Positions 22,500-32,464 of a stretch of 64,000 bases of DNA are shown here, in pieces; position 1 is the first letter of the stretch; each line of letters begins with the position of its first letter. The DNA lies in assembly GCA_965219385.1 (NCBI GenBank), contig CBDCNM010000001.1:1042631-1106630 (forward strand), given 5' to 3'. Below the pieces are notes generated by a model. That model was not told the DNA's origin. It ran no database searches and worked only from the letters and a program-made list of their open reading frames with translations. The position numbers were made by a program, and so were the translations under genes. Origin of the DNA: Candidatus Latescibacterota bacterium (lineage in GTDB: Bacteria > Latescibacterota > UBA2968 > UBA8231).

Positions 22500-22583
22500 A
22501 GGTCTCTCCTTTCAGAAAAGGGGACAAGAGAAACCTACAACAGGGTCACCATCTTGTAAAGTTATTTATACGACGCAACACTA
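21438..22583 (-). mobile_element. IS630-family insertion sequence (degenerate)
   Basis: IRs TAGTGTTTCGTCGTAGAAAT / ATTTATACGACGCAACACTA, each in a CTAG context with a duplicated TA. Confidence 0.9.
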
Positions 22584-22678
22584 GTGGAGCTCGGCGCCGA
22601 GTACGAAAGAATGTGTGGGGCGGCGCGACTGCTTGAAAATCAGATACTGCATGATGCACCTTCCCGGTGTTTCTACAA

Positions 22679-23808
22679 CTAATCGAAGAACCGGAGATCC
22701 TCGCGCGCCGCGCCGCGGGCCACCTCCTCGTCGAGCGTGACCCCGAGGCCGGGGGTCTGCGGCAAGGCGATCCGCCCGTTGACGATCAGGTCGCGTTCCG
22801 CGGTGAGACTGTTCCACAGCTCGTTGTCGAGGTGGTGGAACTCCAGAACCTGAAAGTTGGGTGAAGCGGCGCAGACGTGGCACATCGCCACGGTGCCGAT
22901 CGGGCTGCAGATGTTGTGCGGTGAAATCGGCATGTAATAGATGTCGGCCAGATCGGCGATGCGCCGGCCTTCGGACAGGCCGCCGGTCTTGGCTAGATCG
23001 GGTGAGATGATGTCCGTCGCCTGCGTCTCGATCAGGTCAAGGAACCCGTGCCGCGTGTACAGGTTTTCGCCGGTACAGATCGGGGTGCGCGTCGCCGCTT
23101 TCACTTCCTTGAGGACGGCGACGTTTTCGGGCGGAATCGGATCCTCCAGCCACATCAGGTCGAGCCCTTCGAAGGCGTAGGCAACCTTGAGAATGTCGTG
23201 GGGGGCGTAGGCCCAGTGGGCGTCGATGAGCAGATCGGTGTCGGGCGCAGGGTTTCGCGGATCGCCGTGACCACCTCGATATGGAAGGCGATGTCGCAGT
23301 TGCTCATGGTGCGATTGTAGCGGTCGCGCCGCTCGGGGCGTGGATCGATGTCGAACTTGATGGCATCGAAGCCGCGCTCTTCCACCGCCCTTGCCTTGGC
23401 TGCCCAGGATTCGGGATTGTCCTCTTCGTCACCGGCGTGACAGTCGTTGTAGATGCGAATCGAGTCGCGGTAGGTGCCGCCCAGCAACTGCCAGATCGGC
23501 ACGCCGACTGCCTGCCCGGTGATATCCCACAGCGCCATCTCGATACCGCTGATCGCGCTCATCACCGCTCCCTGATAATACCCCGACGCCGACATCGAGC
23601 TTTTCATGTCGCGGAAGAGCTTGTCGACATTGCGAGGGTCCTGGCCGATGAGGGCGCGTTGGGTGAGGCGTTCGTCCACGGCGATGTGGTGGACGCCGGC
23701 CCCGTGGTAGGCCTCGCCGATACCGGCAATCCCCTCGTCGGTGCGCACCTTTACCAGCACCCAAGGCCAGGGGTTGAGCAGAACGGCACCGACATCAACG
23801 ATTTTCAT
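22679..23808 (-). pseudogene. Mandelate racemase/muconate lactonising (DgoD-like) enzyme with a 1-bp frameshift
   Basis: VKVRTDEGIAGIGE, SGIEMALWDI, IKFD, then LIDAHW, WLEDP, TGENL and SPHN in the next frame. Shift near 23245. Confidence 0.85.
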
Positions 23809-24285
23809 CGCTGCTCCTCACGATATCTGGAGGCGCGTGAGCGCGTCTGCCGGTGTCAAGTGGGGGATCAAGCGCTTGAGAAAGGCCGCCAGCAGCTCCT
23901 CCGGGGTTGAGTTACAGTCTACAAAAACTTCCCCGCTTGGGACAGGTCATACCACGATGGCCGACATGCCAATCACGCGGCGCACACCGTCCTGATCGAG
24001 CGACTCGAGTCGACGCAAATATTCGACCGCCGACAGCTCCAGGCAATTTCCAGTCCGCCAAGGCAAAAATGTCCGCCATACGTTTAGTGAGAATAAAAGT
24101 ATTATCGGTAGTGGGTCAAGTGGATTTCGGACATCCCGACACTCGCACTACCTGCCGGCGTGGTGTTGGGCGGACGTACGCAACCCCCATGGTTGCACGC
24201 GCCACCCCGTGCGTCAGTTCCTAACCAGAGAATCGGAAAGCATGTATGAAGGGGCGCAACTACCTGAAAAAGCGCCAGATACAAT

Positions 24286-24317
24286 AAGACCCCGACGGGG
24301 TCGCCCCTCGGGGTCTT
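24286..24317. repeat. Long GC hairpin downstream of tRNA-Asn (terminator or REP-like)
   Basis: AAGACCCCGA(C)GGGG-TCG-CCCC-TCGGGGTCTT. Confidence 0.6.
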
Positions 24318-24357
24318 GTGTCAACTAATGGGTCGCCAGGGTTGGCGGTCGAAAAAA

Positions 24358-24433
24358 TGGCTCCGGCGGTAGGGCTCGAACCTACGACATGGTGGTTAAC
24401 AGCCACCCGCTCTGCCAGCTGAGCTACGCCGGA
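24358..24433 (-). tRNA. tRNA-Asn(GTT)
   Basis: Reverse complement reads TCCGGCGTAGCTCAGCTGGCAGAGC-GGTGG-CTGTTAA-CCACC...GGTTCGAGCCC...GGAGCCA. Confidence 0.97.
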
Positions 24434-24462
24434 ACAAGCCTTTGTGTTTTCACCATTTTTGA

Positions 24463-24491
24463 AAAATAGGACCTCCAACAATATCTGTCAA
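24463..24491 (-). promoter_or_regulatory. Probable sigma70 promoter of tRNA-Asn
   Basis: TTGACA-N17-TATTTT on the minus strand. Confidence 0.6.
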
Positions 24492-24523
24492 GATACGCCA
24501 GGCACTCCTCCTGTCCTGTTTGT

Positions 24524-25369
24524 CTATTCTCCGTAGTATTCCTTGAGAACCTCGCTGCGGGCAGGGTGCCTCAGTTTTTGCAGGGCCTTTTCCTTGATCT
24601 GCCGCACCCGCTCCCGAGTGCGCCCCACATAGGCTCCTATCTCTTCGAGGGTCATGGGTCCGTGTCCATCCAGACCATAATACATGCGCAGCACCCGCGC
24701 CTCCCCTTTGCTCAGGGCGTGCATGGCCTCTTTTATCTCTTCTTTCAACTCCTCCTCTGAAAGCACGTCATCACTGGATTGCAACCCCTCGTCCGGTATC
24801 AGATCCCCGAAACACCGATCCGGTTCGTTGTCGTCGCAGGGCATCTCCAGGGAGACAGGCCGCTGGGCAAGCCGCAGCAACATATCCATGTCTCCTGTTT
24901 CCACCTCCAATTCCTCGGCGATTTCTTCGACCTCGGGGGGACGCCCGAACCGTTGCTCCAGCTTGGTCAGAACCTTGTTGACCCGGGTCAATTCGCCGAT
25001 CCGGTTGAGCGGCAGCCGCACGATGCGGGATTGCTCGGCCAGGGCTTGCAGGATGGACTGGCGAATCCACCATACAGCATAGGAGATAAACTTGAACCCC
25101 TTGGTGCCATCAAAGCGCTTGGCGGCTATGATCAACCCCAGATTGCCTTCATTGATCAAATCCGCAAGCGGCAACCCCAGATTCTGATACTGCTTGGCCA
25201 CACTCACCACAAAGCGAAGATTCGCCTGAACCAGGTCCGTCAGAGCCTCCTCATTCCCCTTTTGTATCTTCAGGGCGATTTGCACCTCGTCTTCGGCGGA
25301 TAGTCCAACAGAATCTTCGATCTCGTGGAAATATTGATCGACGAGTGTGTCGGTCTGCAACGCGGTCAT
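24524..25369 (-). CDS. RNA polymerase sigma factor, RpoD/SigA family (short, no region 1.1)
   Basis: ANLRFVVSVAKQY, DLINEGNLGL, FKFISYAVWWIRQSI and TLEEIG...TRERVRQIKEKAL. Confidence 0.93.
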   Translation of the reverse strand: MTALQTDTLVDQYFHEIEDSVGLSAEDEVQIALKIQKGNEEALTDLVQANLRFVVSVAKQYQNLGLPLADLINEGNLGLIIAAKRFDGTKGFKFISYAVWWIRQSILQALAEQSRIVRLPLNRIGELTRVNKVLTKLEQRFGRPPEVEEIAEELEVETGDMDMLLRLAQRPVSLEMPCDDNEPDRCFGDLIPDEGLQSSDDVLSEEELKEEIKEAMHALSKGEARVLRMYYGLDGHGPMTLEEIGAYVGRTRERVRQIKEKALQKLRHPARSEVLKEYYGE

Positions 25370-25700
25370 AGCTTGCTACCCTCCTCTTGCAAGTGATAAT
25401 AGACTACTCACCCTGGGGAGAGGGGTACGGTCAGCTAAAATAAGCCTGTAAAGAGCTTATAGTAAAGATTAAGCGCAGTGGAAGGAATGTCTACTCAGGG
25501 TCTGCCTGGGGAGCAAGCAAAGGAAATTAATCTAGAGACGACAATGTGTTATAATATAATACCCTGTTCGTATTGCACAATATTTTTTTTATTTTTTTGC
25601 AGGTAAACCCAGCGGTTCCCGGTTGAGAATTTGCTTTTCAACCTCGTTCCCAGGTCCTATATTCAGGCCCTTGCCAGCACCTGAGATCAGGAGAACAGCG

Positions 25701-26468
25701 ATGGACCGTCCCCCCTTTGGCCTTGCCGGCAAGCGCGCTCTGGTGACCGGCGGAGGCCGCGGAATCGGCCGCGCTTGCGCCGTGGCCCTGGCCCAGGCCG
25801 GGGCCACGGTCGCGGTTTTGAGCCGGACCCAGCAACAACTCGACGAGACCGTGGAAGAGATTGCCACCCGGGGAGGCAAGGCTCGAGCCTACAAGGGCGA
25901 TATCGGCAACCCCGAGGATATCCGGCACCTCGTCGATACCCTGTACCAGGGGGGGGAACACCTGGACATCCTGGTAAACAACGCCGGTATCAGCCCTATA
26001 TTCAAACCCGCCAGGGACGTAGCCCTGGAGGAGTGGGCCCAGATCCTCGACGTCAACCTGAGCGGCACCTTTCACCTGGTCCGCGACATCGGCGCCCGCA
26101 TGGTCGAGCGCCGCAGCGGCGCCATTGTCAACCTCACCTCCATCGGCGCGGTGCGAGCCCTGCCCCGCCTCGCCCCCTACAGCGCCAGCAAAGCCGCCCT
26201 GGGCGAGCTGACCCGCGTCCTGGCAGTGGAATGGGCCGCTTCTGGAGTCCGCGTCAATGCAGTGGCTCCGGCTTATATTGAAACCGCCATGACCGCCGGG
26301 GTCCACGGCGACCAGCGCCTGCAAAAGAACATAATCAACCGCACCCCCCTGGGCCGCTTTGGCCGGCCCGAAGAGGTCGCCTGGGCCGTGGTCTTCCTGG
26401 CATCGGATGCCGCCAGCTATATCACCGGACATACCCTCTTTGTCGACGGAGGCTGGACCAGCTTGTAA
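25701..26468 (+). CDS. SDR family NAD(P)-dependent oxidoreductase
   Basis: TGGGRGIG, NNAG, YSASK and VDGG. ATG at 25701 with AGGAG. Confidence 0.93.
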   Translation: MDRPPFGLAGKRALVTGGGRGIGRACAVALAQAGATVAVLSRTQQQLDETVEEIATRGGKARAYKGDIGNPEDIRHLVDTLYQGGEHLDILVNNAGISPIFKPARDVALEEWAQILDVNLSGTFHLVRDIGARMVERRSGAIVNLTSIGAVRALPRLAPYSASKAALGELTRVLAVEWAASGVRVNAVAPAYIETAMTAGVHGDQRLQKNIINRTPLGRFGRPEEVAWAVVFLASDAASYITGHTLFVDGGWTSL

Positions 26469-26471
26469 TTC

Positions 26472-27914
26472 CTACTCCAGATCAATGGCCTTCCTGGCCA
26501 GGGCCTTGCAGCGCTCCACATCGTAATCCCTGAGGATGGTGATTTTCTGTGCTTCCAGAGAGCCCTCGGCGTGAATCGCCAGGAGTTCGTTGTACCCCCC
26601 AAAGGTCGAGGCCGTCAGATCCCGGACCAAGTTGAAAGCCCTGAGCCGGTCCCGGGTAGACACTCCCTTTTTACCCCCCAGGAAACGCTCGATATACCCC
26701 TGGGTCTCTGGATTCTTCAGATCCTCTTCCGAGGGACCGGTAACCACCAGACCGCCGGCTATGTCCTGGACCCAGGCAACGGCCTGGTGATAGTTGTTGG
26801 CAAAGTGGTACTTGGCCAGATTGGTGTGAATGATATTGGGAACCGCCAGGCCGTGGTCGGTGATCCGGCAATCGTGAGCCGCCGCCAGACTCAGGCCGCG
26901 CACGGTCTCGGTATAGGCGATCAGCTTGGTTATTTTTTCGCGCACGTGGCTGGCCTTCTCCAGACCGTTGAAATCGGCCAGCAGGGCCGCAGCCCCGATG
27001 AAAAGATCGCACAGTGGGGGTTTGTAGGACACCGCGGTGAAGCGATGGAATTCTACGAAGGTATTGGCCAGGAAACCCGCGGCTTCCCACTCTCCTTTGA
27101 GAAAGACCTGCTCGTTGGGCACGAAAACGTCGTCGAAAATAGTCAGGGTATCGATCATCCGGTGCCGCGAACTCACCGGATGGTGAAAAGCGCTGGGCGG
27201 CGGCGAACCAAACGGGCTGGCCACCAATGTTACTCCCGGAGCATTCACCGGCACGACAAAGGAGACCGCGCACCGGGCGTCGTCCTCCTTGAGGGCTCGG
27301 GTCGGCAACACGATCAACTGGTCCACGTACGGGGCGCAGGTGGTGTGGGCCTTGGCGCCGCGGACCACGATGCCGTCCTCGCGTTCCTCGACGATGTGCA
27401 CGTAGTAGTCGGGGTGCTCCTGCTGGGAGGGCGGCAGGCTGCGATCCCCTTTTGCATCGGTCTGGGCGACCGCCAGGGTGAGATCCTCCTTCTTGCACCG
27501 AGCGTGAAAAGCCCGCACCCTGGCGTTGTACTGGGTATTTATCTTTGCATCCACCACCTGGCTCACCAGATCCAGGGCAAACAGGGCATCGGTGCCGATC
27601 TCCTTGACCAGCAGAACCACGCTCCCCCCCAGGCGGGTGGAGCATTCGATCATCTCACGGCGATTCAGCAGGTCCTGCGCGTTTTCAGGGCGCTTGTAGT
27701 AACGGCTGCAAACCTCGCTGCTTTCCGGCTCATCCCAGCTCATCAAAGAACGGTGCTCGGGATCCTCGGCCAGGTGAAAATCCAGGGCCGCGTGCTCGAC
27801 GGCGATGCCAATATCTTCATGCCGGGTCACATCTTCGACCCGGGCCCCTCCAGAATACACCACGCGGCCATCCCTGAGACCGGCTTTGTACTCTTCTGCG
27901 GTTCGCAACCCCAT
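26472..27914 (-). CDS. 4-hydroxyphenylacetate 3-hydroxylase / 4-hydroxybutyryl-CoA dehydratase family flavoprotein
   Basis: LRDGRVVY, AQTDAKGDRS, DGIVVRGAKAHTT, IFDDVFVP and DIAGG...HAEGS. Confidence 0.85.
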   Translation of the reverse strand: MGLRTAEEYKAGLRDGRVVYSGGARVEDVTRHEDIGIAVEHAALDFHLAEDPEHRSLMSWDEPESSEVCSRYYKRPENAQDLLNRREMIECSTRLGGSVVLLVKEIGTDALFALDLVSQVVDAKINTQYNARVRAFHARCKKEDLTLAVAQTDAKGDRSLPPSQQEHPDYYVHIVEEREDGIVVRGAKAHTTCAPYVDQLIVLPTRALKEDDARCAVSFVVPVNAPGVTLVASPFGSPPPSAFHHPVSSRHRMIDTLTIFDDVFVPNEQVFLKGEWEAAGFLANTFVEFHRFTAVSYKPPLCDLFIGAAALLADFNGLEKASHVREKITKLIAYTETVRGLSLAAAHDCRITDHGLAVPNIIHTNLAKYHFANNYHQAVAWVQDIAGGLVVTGPSEEDLKNPETQGYIERFLGGKKGVSTRDRLRAFNLVRDLTASTFGGYNELLAIHAEGSLEAQKITILRDYDVERCKALARKAIDLE

Positions 27915-27936
27915 ATCCGCGCCTTTCTCTTGCTGA

Positions 27937-30240
27937 TTAGTTCCTCAGTGGTTTTCCCGTCTTCAGCATATGCGCCATCCGCGCCCGCGTCCGTTCCAGG
28001 CCGCACAAATGCATAAACACCTCCCGCTCCAGGTCCAGCAAGTCCTGCTCGCTCACCGCCCGCATCGGCCCATCGCCGCCGCATAGAACCCGCGCCAGGC
28101 CGCGGCCTACGGTTTGATCGTGGGGTGTGAGAAACCCACCTTGCACCTGCCCCTCCAGCCACGCCTCGAGGGTTTGCCGGCCTTGTGCTCCGGCCACCTC
28201 CAACCCGGCGGCCCTGGCAGGAGGCTCGTAGCCTGTCTGCACCAGGCTCTTTGCCTGCTCGAATGCCCGCAGCAGCACGCGGTCCTCACCCAGCACAATA
28301 TCGTCTTCCTGGCCCAACAGCTGCCATTGTCGTCCCTGGTAGGCGTTGTCGGAGAAGCCCCCAGCCAGAATGGTCCGGAACCCCTTCTCTATGTCGCGGC
28401 CCTGCCGGCGCACCATCTCCTTACACCCCCCTCCTCCCGGAATCAACCCCACCCGGGTCTCCACCAAGCCGATCCGCAACTCCGCCGCCACCACCCGCGC
28501 ATCCACCGCCAGACAAAACTCACAGCCCCCTCCCAGGGTCAGTCCCCGGGGCGCGGCCACCACGGGAAAGGCGGCGTACCGCAGGGCCAGGATCGCATCC
28601 TGAAAGTAGCGCACGAATCCCTCGAGACCGTCCCAGTCCTCGTCCTCTGCCAGCCCCATCATGTACTCAAGGTCCGCCCCGGCCGAAAACAGCCCCCCTG
28701 CTCCCCACAGCAGCAGGGCGGCAAAAGGCGATTCGTCCACCAGGCGCTGCACCAATTCCAGGCCTCCAGGGCCGATCACATTCATTTTTCCCTGGAAGAC
28801 CAGGGCCCCCACCCCCTCCCCGAGTTCGGCCAGGTAGGCGTTATCGCTTTTGTAAAGCGCGTTCCCGGGCCGCAAGCAGGCTTCCAGGTTTTCCGCGGGC
28901 CGTGGACGCACTTCCACGGCCCCGCTCTTTGCCAGGGGAAAAATCAACAGCCCCTCCTCCTCTTCCCGGTAGAATCTATCCTCACCGGATTCCACCACAT
29001 CCCTCACCAGGTCGGGGACCCTGGCTCCATCCTGCTCGCAGCGCTGGACTACCTGTTTAACCCCCAGCAAATCCCAGAGCTCAAAGGGGCCGGCTTCCCA
29101 GTTGAATCCCCACTTCATCGCCCGGTCTATCTGGGCGATATCGGTAGCCATTTCAGCGGCATTTTGCGCCGCGTATACCAGCACCTGGCGCAAATGGTTC
29201 CAGGCAAAGACCCCGGCCCGACTCTGATCGTCCATCACGGCTTGGAGGCGAACCTGCAGATCCGGGTGCCGGCTGGCTTTTGCCAGGGCCCCGAGATCTT
29301 GAATTGCCATCTCCCCGTACTCAAGGGTCTCCAGATCCAGAGCCTGGATTCCCGCCTCTCCCTTGCGGTAGAAGCCCCCCCCGCTTTTTGCCCCCTGCAG
29401 ACCCTGCTGTAGCATGTCCTGCACAAACCCGGGTTGCGCGAATACCGCACGCTGCGAGTCCTCCGGCAAGTGCTCGTAGGCCGTGCGGGCGACATGCGCC
29501 AGAGTATCCAGCCCGATCAGGTCGCACAGCCGCAGGGTTGCGCTGCGGGGCCGCCCGAGCAAGGGCCCGGTGAGAGCATCCACGCTTGCAACCGAAAAGC
29601 CACCCGCTGCCATCCCGTGGAGGATGTCCATGAGCGCAAAAACCCCCAGGCGATTGGCAATGAAATTCGGAGTGTCCCTGGCCTCTACGCCCCCCTTGCC
29701 CAGCACTTCTTCCAGGAAGATCCGCATTTTCACTACCGCGACCGGCTCTGTATCCGGCCCGGGGATGAGTTCGACCAGCTTCATGTAGCGGGGCGGATTG
29801 AAAAAGTGAATCCCCAGGAAGTTTTTCCTGAACCTCAACGACCGTTCCCGCACCATAGCTTCGATGGATAAACCCGAGGTATTGCTGCTGATTACAAGAT
29901 CCTCCCCCGCGACCTCCTCGACCCGGGCCAGCAGGGCTTTTTTGGCCTCCATATCCTCGACAATGGCCTCAATGACCCAGTCGGCCGCGGCCACGCAACT
30001 CAAATCTTCCAAACTGCCCGGTTCGATGCCCTGGGCCATCTCGGGCAAAAAAAAGGCGGGGGGACGGATCTTCAAGACCCGTTCGAGTCCGCTTCGGGCC
30101 AGGCCGGCCCCATCCTCCTGGCCGGGCATATCCAGTAGATCCACCCTGATCCCGGCGTTGGCGAGCAGGGCAGCGATCTGGGCCCCCATCACCCCGGCGC
30201 CGAGGACGACCGCTCGTTCAATATGAGGTACTTGGCCCAT
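27937..30240 (-). CDS. 3-hydroxyacyl-CoA dehydrogenase / enoyl-CoA hydratase fusion (FadN-like)
   Basis: GAGVMG, SNTSGL, HFFNPPRYM, FIANRLG, GPFELWD, LGGGCE and C-terminal TGKPLRN. Confidence 0.92.
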   Translation of the reverse strand: MGQVPHIERAVVLGAGVMGAQIAALLANAGIRVDLLDMPGQEDGAGLARSGLERVLKIRPPAFFLPEMAQGIEPGSLEDLSCVAAADWVIEAIVEDMEAKKALLARVEEVAGEDLVISSNTSGLSIEAMVRERSLRFRKNFLGIHFFNPPRYMKLVELIPGPDTEPVAVVKMRIFLEEVLGKGGVEARDTPNFIANRLGVFALMDILHGMAAGGFSVASVDALTGPLLGRPRSATLRLCDLIGLDTLAHVARTAYEHLPEDSQRAVFAQPGFVQDMLQQGLQGAKSGGGFYRKGEAGIQALDLETLEYGEMAIQDLGALAKASRHPDLQVRLQAVMDDQSRAGVFAWNHLRQVLVYAAQNAAEMATDIAQIDRAMKWGFNWEAGPFELWDLLGVKQVVQRCEQDGARVPDLVRDVVESGEDRFYREEEEGLLIFPLAKSGAVEVRPRPAENLEACLRPGNALYKSDNAYLAELGEGVGALVFQGKMNVIGPGGLELVQRLVDESPFAALLLWGAGGLFSAGADLEYMMGLAEDEDWDGLEGFVRYFQDAILALRYAAFPVVAAPRGLTLGGGCEFCLAVDARVVAAELRIGLVETRVGLIPGGGGCKEMVRRQGRDIEKGFRTILAGGFSDNAYQGRQWQLLGQEDDIVLGEDRVLLRAFEQAKSLVQTGYEPPARAAGLEVAGAQGRQTLEAWLEGQVQGGFLTPHDQTVGRGLARVLCGGDGPMRAVSEQDLLDLEREVFMHLCGLERTRARMAHMLKTGKPLRN

Positions 30241-30273
30241 TATGGCTTCCAGTTTCCAACCTAAAATAGAGGT

Positions 30274-30516
30274 TCATCCCGCTCCAAAAAGGGAAAGTTG
30301 ATCGGGGTTGATCGAGGAGGATTTCACTTCGGGCACCCGCTCTCCTTCGTGGTGTAGCGCCAGCCAGTTATCGATCTCGCGCCGCCGGAAACGCACCATT
30401 TTTCCAAGCCGGTAATGGGGGATTTTACCGCGCCTGACCAACCGGCGCACCGTTGAAACCGAGCAGTGCAGGTAAGTTGCCACTTCCTGGGCTGCCATCA
30501 AGCCTTCTTTAAGCAT
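30274..30516 (-). CDS. Excisionase-like (HTH_17/MerR-superfamily) DNA-binding protein
   Basis: EVATYLHCSVSTVRRLVRRGKIPHYRLGKMVRF; tail ends QLSLFGAG. Confidence 0.85.
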   Translation of the reverse strand: MLKEGLMAAQEVATYLHCSVSTVRRLVRRGKIPHYRLGKMVRFRRREIDNWLALHHEGERVPEVKSSSINPDQLSLFGAG

Positions 30517-30529
30517 AAGACCGGTCTTC

Positions 30530-30970
30530 CTAAACCACGACCCGCCGCCCGAGAGAAAAGAAGTTGTTGTCCGTCTCTTGAATGGTCACCTCGATGTGGT
30601 ATTCAATCCCGCGCCCGGGAAACAGCTTGGCCAGGATATCGACCGCCTCGTTCGCACAGTAGAGGGCTACATTCTCCACGCTGGGATTGCGGCCGGGGAG
30701 GACCACTACACCTTCTGGTTCGAAAAGATCGGCGTTCAGAAAGGTGGTGTCGAACTCCGAGACCAGCATCTTGTGGTCCAGGAATTTGAAGATATCCTTC
30801 AAAACCCCGAAATCCACCGACATATCCAGCTTTTCATCGCGCGGGAAGCGCTCCGCCCGCAGGACGAATTCCCCGCGCCAGGTATGCCCGTGGACAAAGG
30901 CACACTTGCCCTGGTAGTCTAGCTGGCGGTGGGCCGCATGAAATTTACCGTGTGCTCTGAGCGTCTCCAT
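30530..30970 (-). CDS. queD: 6-carboxytetrahydropterin synthase / PTPS family
   Basis: FHAAH, CAFVHGHTW, VDFG, LDH, PSVENVA and QET motifs. Confidence 0.82.
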   Translation of the reverse strand: METLRAHGKFHAAHRQLDYQGKCAFVHGHTWRGEFVLRAERFPRDEKLDMSVDFGVLKDIFKFLDHKMLVSEFDTTFLNADLFEPEGVVVLPGRNPSVENVALYCANEAVDILAKLFPGRGIEYHIEVTIQETDNNFFSLGRRVVV

Positions 30971-30979
30971 CAGCTCTCC

Positions 30980-31243
30980 TCATCGTGGATCCTCTTCAAT
31001 TCGGGCCCGCTTTTCCAGTTTTACCCGGTACAACCAGACCCCCAGTGACACCAGGATCGAACAGACGATTACGTAATAAAGAGCCTTTCCTCCTATCCGG
31101 ACGAACTCTCCCGTAGACAGGGTCGTCAGGACAATGATCAGAACAAAAGAAGCCATAATGATACCCATGGAAACGCGCAGAAACATCTGGCAATTGGCAA
31201 TCATACCATCGTATGTCCCAGGGTTATTTTTCCTCTGTTTCAT
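30980..31243 (-). CDS. Small two-TM hypothetical membrane protein
   Basis: Co-oriented ORF between dxr and queD with two hydrophobic segments. Confidence 0.6.
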   Translation of the reverse strand: MKQRKNNPGTYDGMIANCQMFLRVSMGIIMASFVLIIVLTTLSTGEFVRIGGKALYYVIVCSILVSLGVWLYRVKLEKRARIEEDPR

Positions 31244-31287
31244 CCTGGCAAACCGTCCTTGTAAAAATACAAGTGCCTTCCCTGTGT

Positions 31288-32451
31288 TCAAGCCCGGGCA
31301 GACATCTGCCGATCGATCCACTTTTGCGCTCGATCCCGTCCCCGGCGGTCCGCTTCCAGTACCGCTTCGACAGAATCCACCGGCGCCCAGGTTGAAGACT
31401 CGAGCACTCTCAGGTTGATTCGGCCAATATCCAGGAAGCCGATTCTCCCTTCCAGGAAAGCGCTCACCGCCACTTCGTTGGCAGCATTCAGCACCGCAGG
31501 GGAGGTACCTCCCTGCTTGCCGGCTTCATAACACAACCCCAGACAAGGAAAATTTTCCCGGTCAGGGGCGGCAAAGCTCAGTTGCCCCAAGCCCGCCAGA
31601 TCCAGGGCCTCCAGCGGCGAGGCCCGCCGCTGGGGATGGGTCAATGCATACTGGATGGGCAGCGCCATATCGGTCCTGCCCATGTGGGCCAGCATGGAGG
31701 CATCGGCAAATTCCACCAAGGAGTGGATGATGGATTCTCGATGAATCACCACCTCGACCTGATCAATCTCCACGCCAAACAGCCAGCTGGCCTCGATGAC
31801 TTCAAAGCCTTTGTTCATCAAGGTGGCCGAATCCACTGTGATCTTGGGGCCCATCTTCCAGGTGGGATGATCCAGGGCCTGCAGCGGCGTAATAGCCTCC
31901 ATCTGGGCGCGGGTCCGCCCGAAAAAGGGCCCCCCCGAAGCCGTCAGGATCAAGCGACGGACAGCGCCGGCCTCTTCGCCTTTGAGGCACTGCCAGAGAG
32001 CATTAGGCTCGCTGTCCAGGGGCAGGATGGTAGCGCCAGAGGACCGAGCTTGTTGCAAAATCAACTCCCCGGCCGCGACCAGAGGCTCCTTGTTGGCCAT
32101 GGCCACTACCTTGCCCGCCTGGACCCCGGCCAGGGTCGGCTCCAGCCCCACCGCCCCGACCAGGGCATTGAGGATCACATCGGCCTCGGGCAACCCAGCC
32201 AGCTGCAGCAATCCCTGGCCACCGGCCACCACCCTGGTTCCGGGCAATGCTTGCTGGAGCTTCTCCGCCTGGTCGGCCGCGGCCACGCATACCCACTCTG
32301 GTTCCCAGACGCGCGCCCGTTCCAGGAGTTTCTGTACCTGCGTTCCACCACTCAACCCCAGGACCCGGTATTCTTCTCGCAGCCCTTCCAGCACCTTGAA
32401 GCTGGTGTCCCCTATGGAGCCCGTACACCCGAGGATGACTATGTTTTTCAC
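31288..32451 (-). CDS. dxr: 1-deoxy-D-xylulose-5-phosphate reductoisomerase
   Basis: ILGCTGSIG, ANKE, DSE, LTASGGPF, HPTWKMGPKITVDSATLMNKGFE and NAANE. GTG at 32451. Confidence 0.96.
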   Translation of the reverse strand: MKNIVILGCTGSIGDTSFKVLEGLREEYRVLGLSGGTQVQKLLERARVWEPEWVCVAAADQAEKLQQALPGTRVVAGGQGLLQLAGLPEADVILNALVGAVGLEPTLAGVQAGKVVAMANKEPLVAAGELILQQARSSGATILPLDSEPNALWQCLKGEEAGAVRRLILTASGGPFFGRTRAQMEAITPLQALDHPTWKMGPKITVDSATLMNKGFEVIEASWLFGVEIDQVEVVIHRESIIHSLVEFADASMLAHMGRTDMALPIQYALTHPQRRASPLEALDLAGLGQLSFAAPDRENFPCLGLCYEAGKQGGTSPAVLNAANEVAVSAFLEGRIGFLDIGRINLRVLESSTWAPVDSVEAVLEADRRGRDRAQKWIDRQMSARA

Positions 32452-32464
32452 GCACAACCTCAAA

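Noticed and set aside
23817..24050. In-frame TGA in a short minus-strand frame as possible selenocysteine
   Set aside because: No start, no redox motif and no evident SECIS; more likely a decayed gene.
24260..24481. 73-aa ORF
   Set aside because: Overlaps tRNA-Asn on the same strand.
26571..28016. Long antisense ORFs (also 16245-17615, 28114-29412, 31982-33307, 43004-44521, 45088-46620, 49513-50967)
   Set aside because: Shadows of well-supported genes, expected with GC-rich codon usage.
30274..30516. Prophage or integrative element implied by the excisionase-like gene
   Set aside because: No integrase, att sites or phage genes; the neighbours are housekeeping genes.
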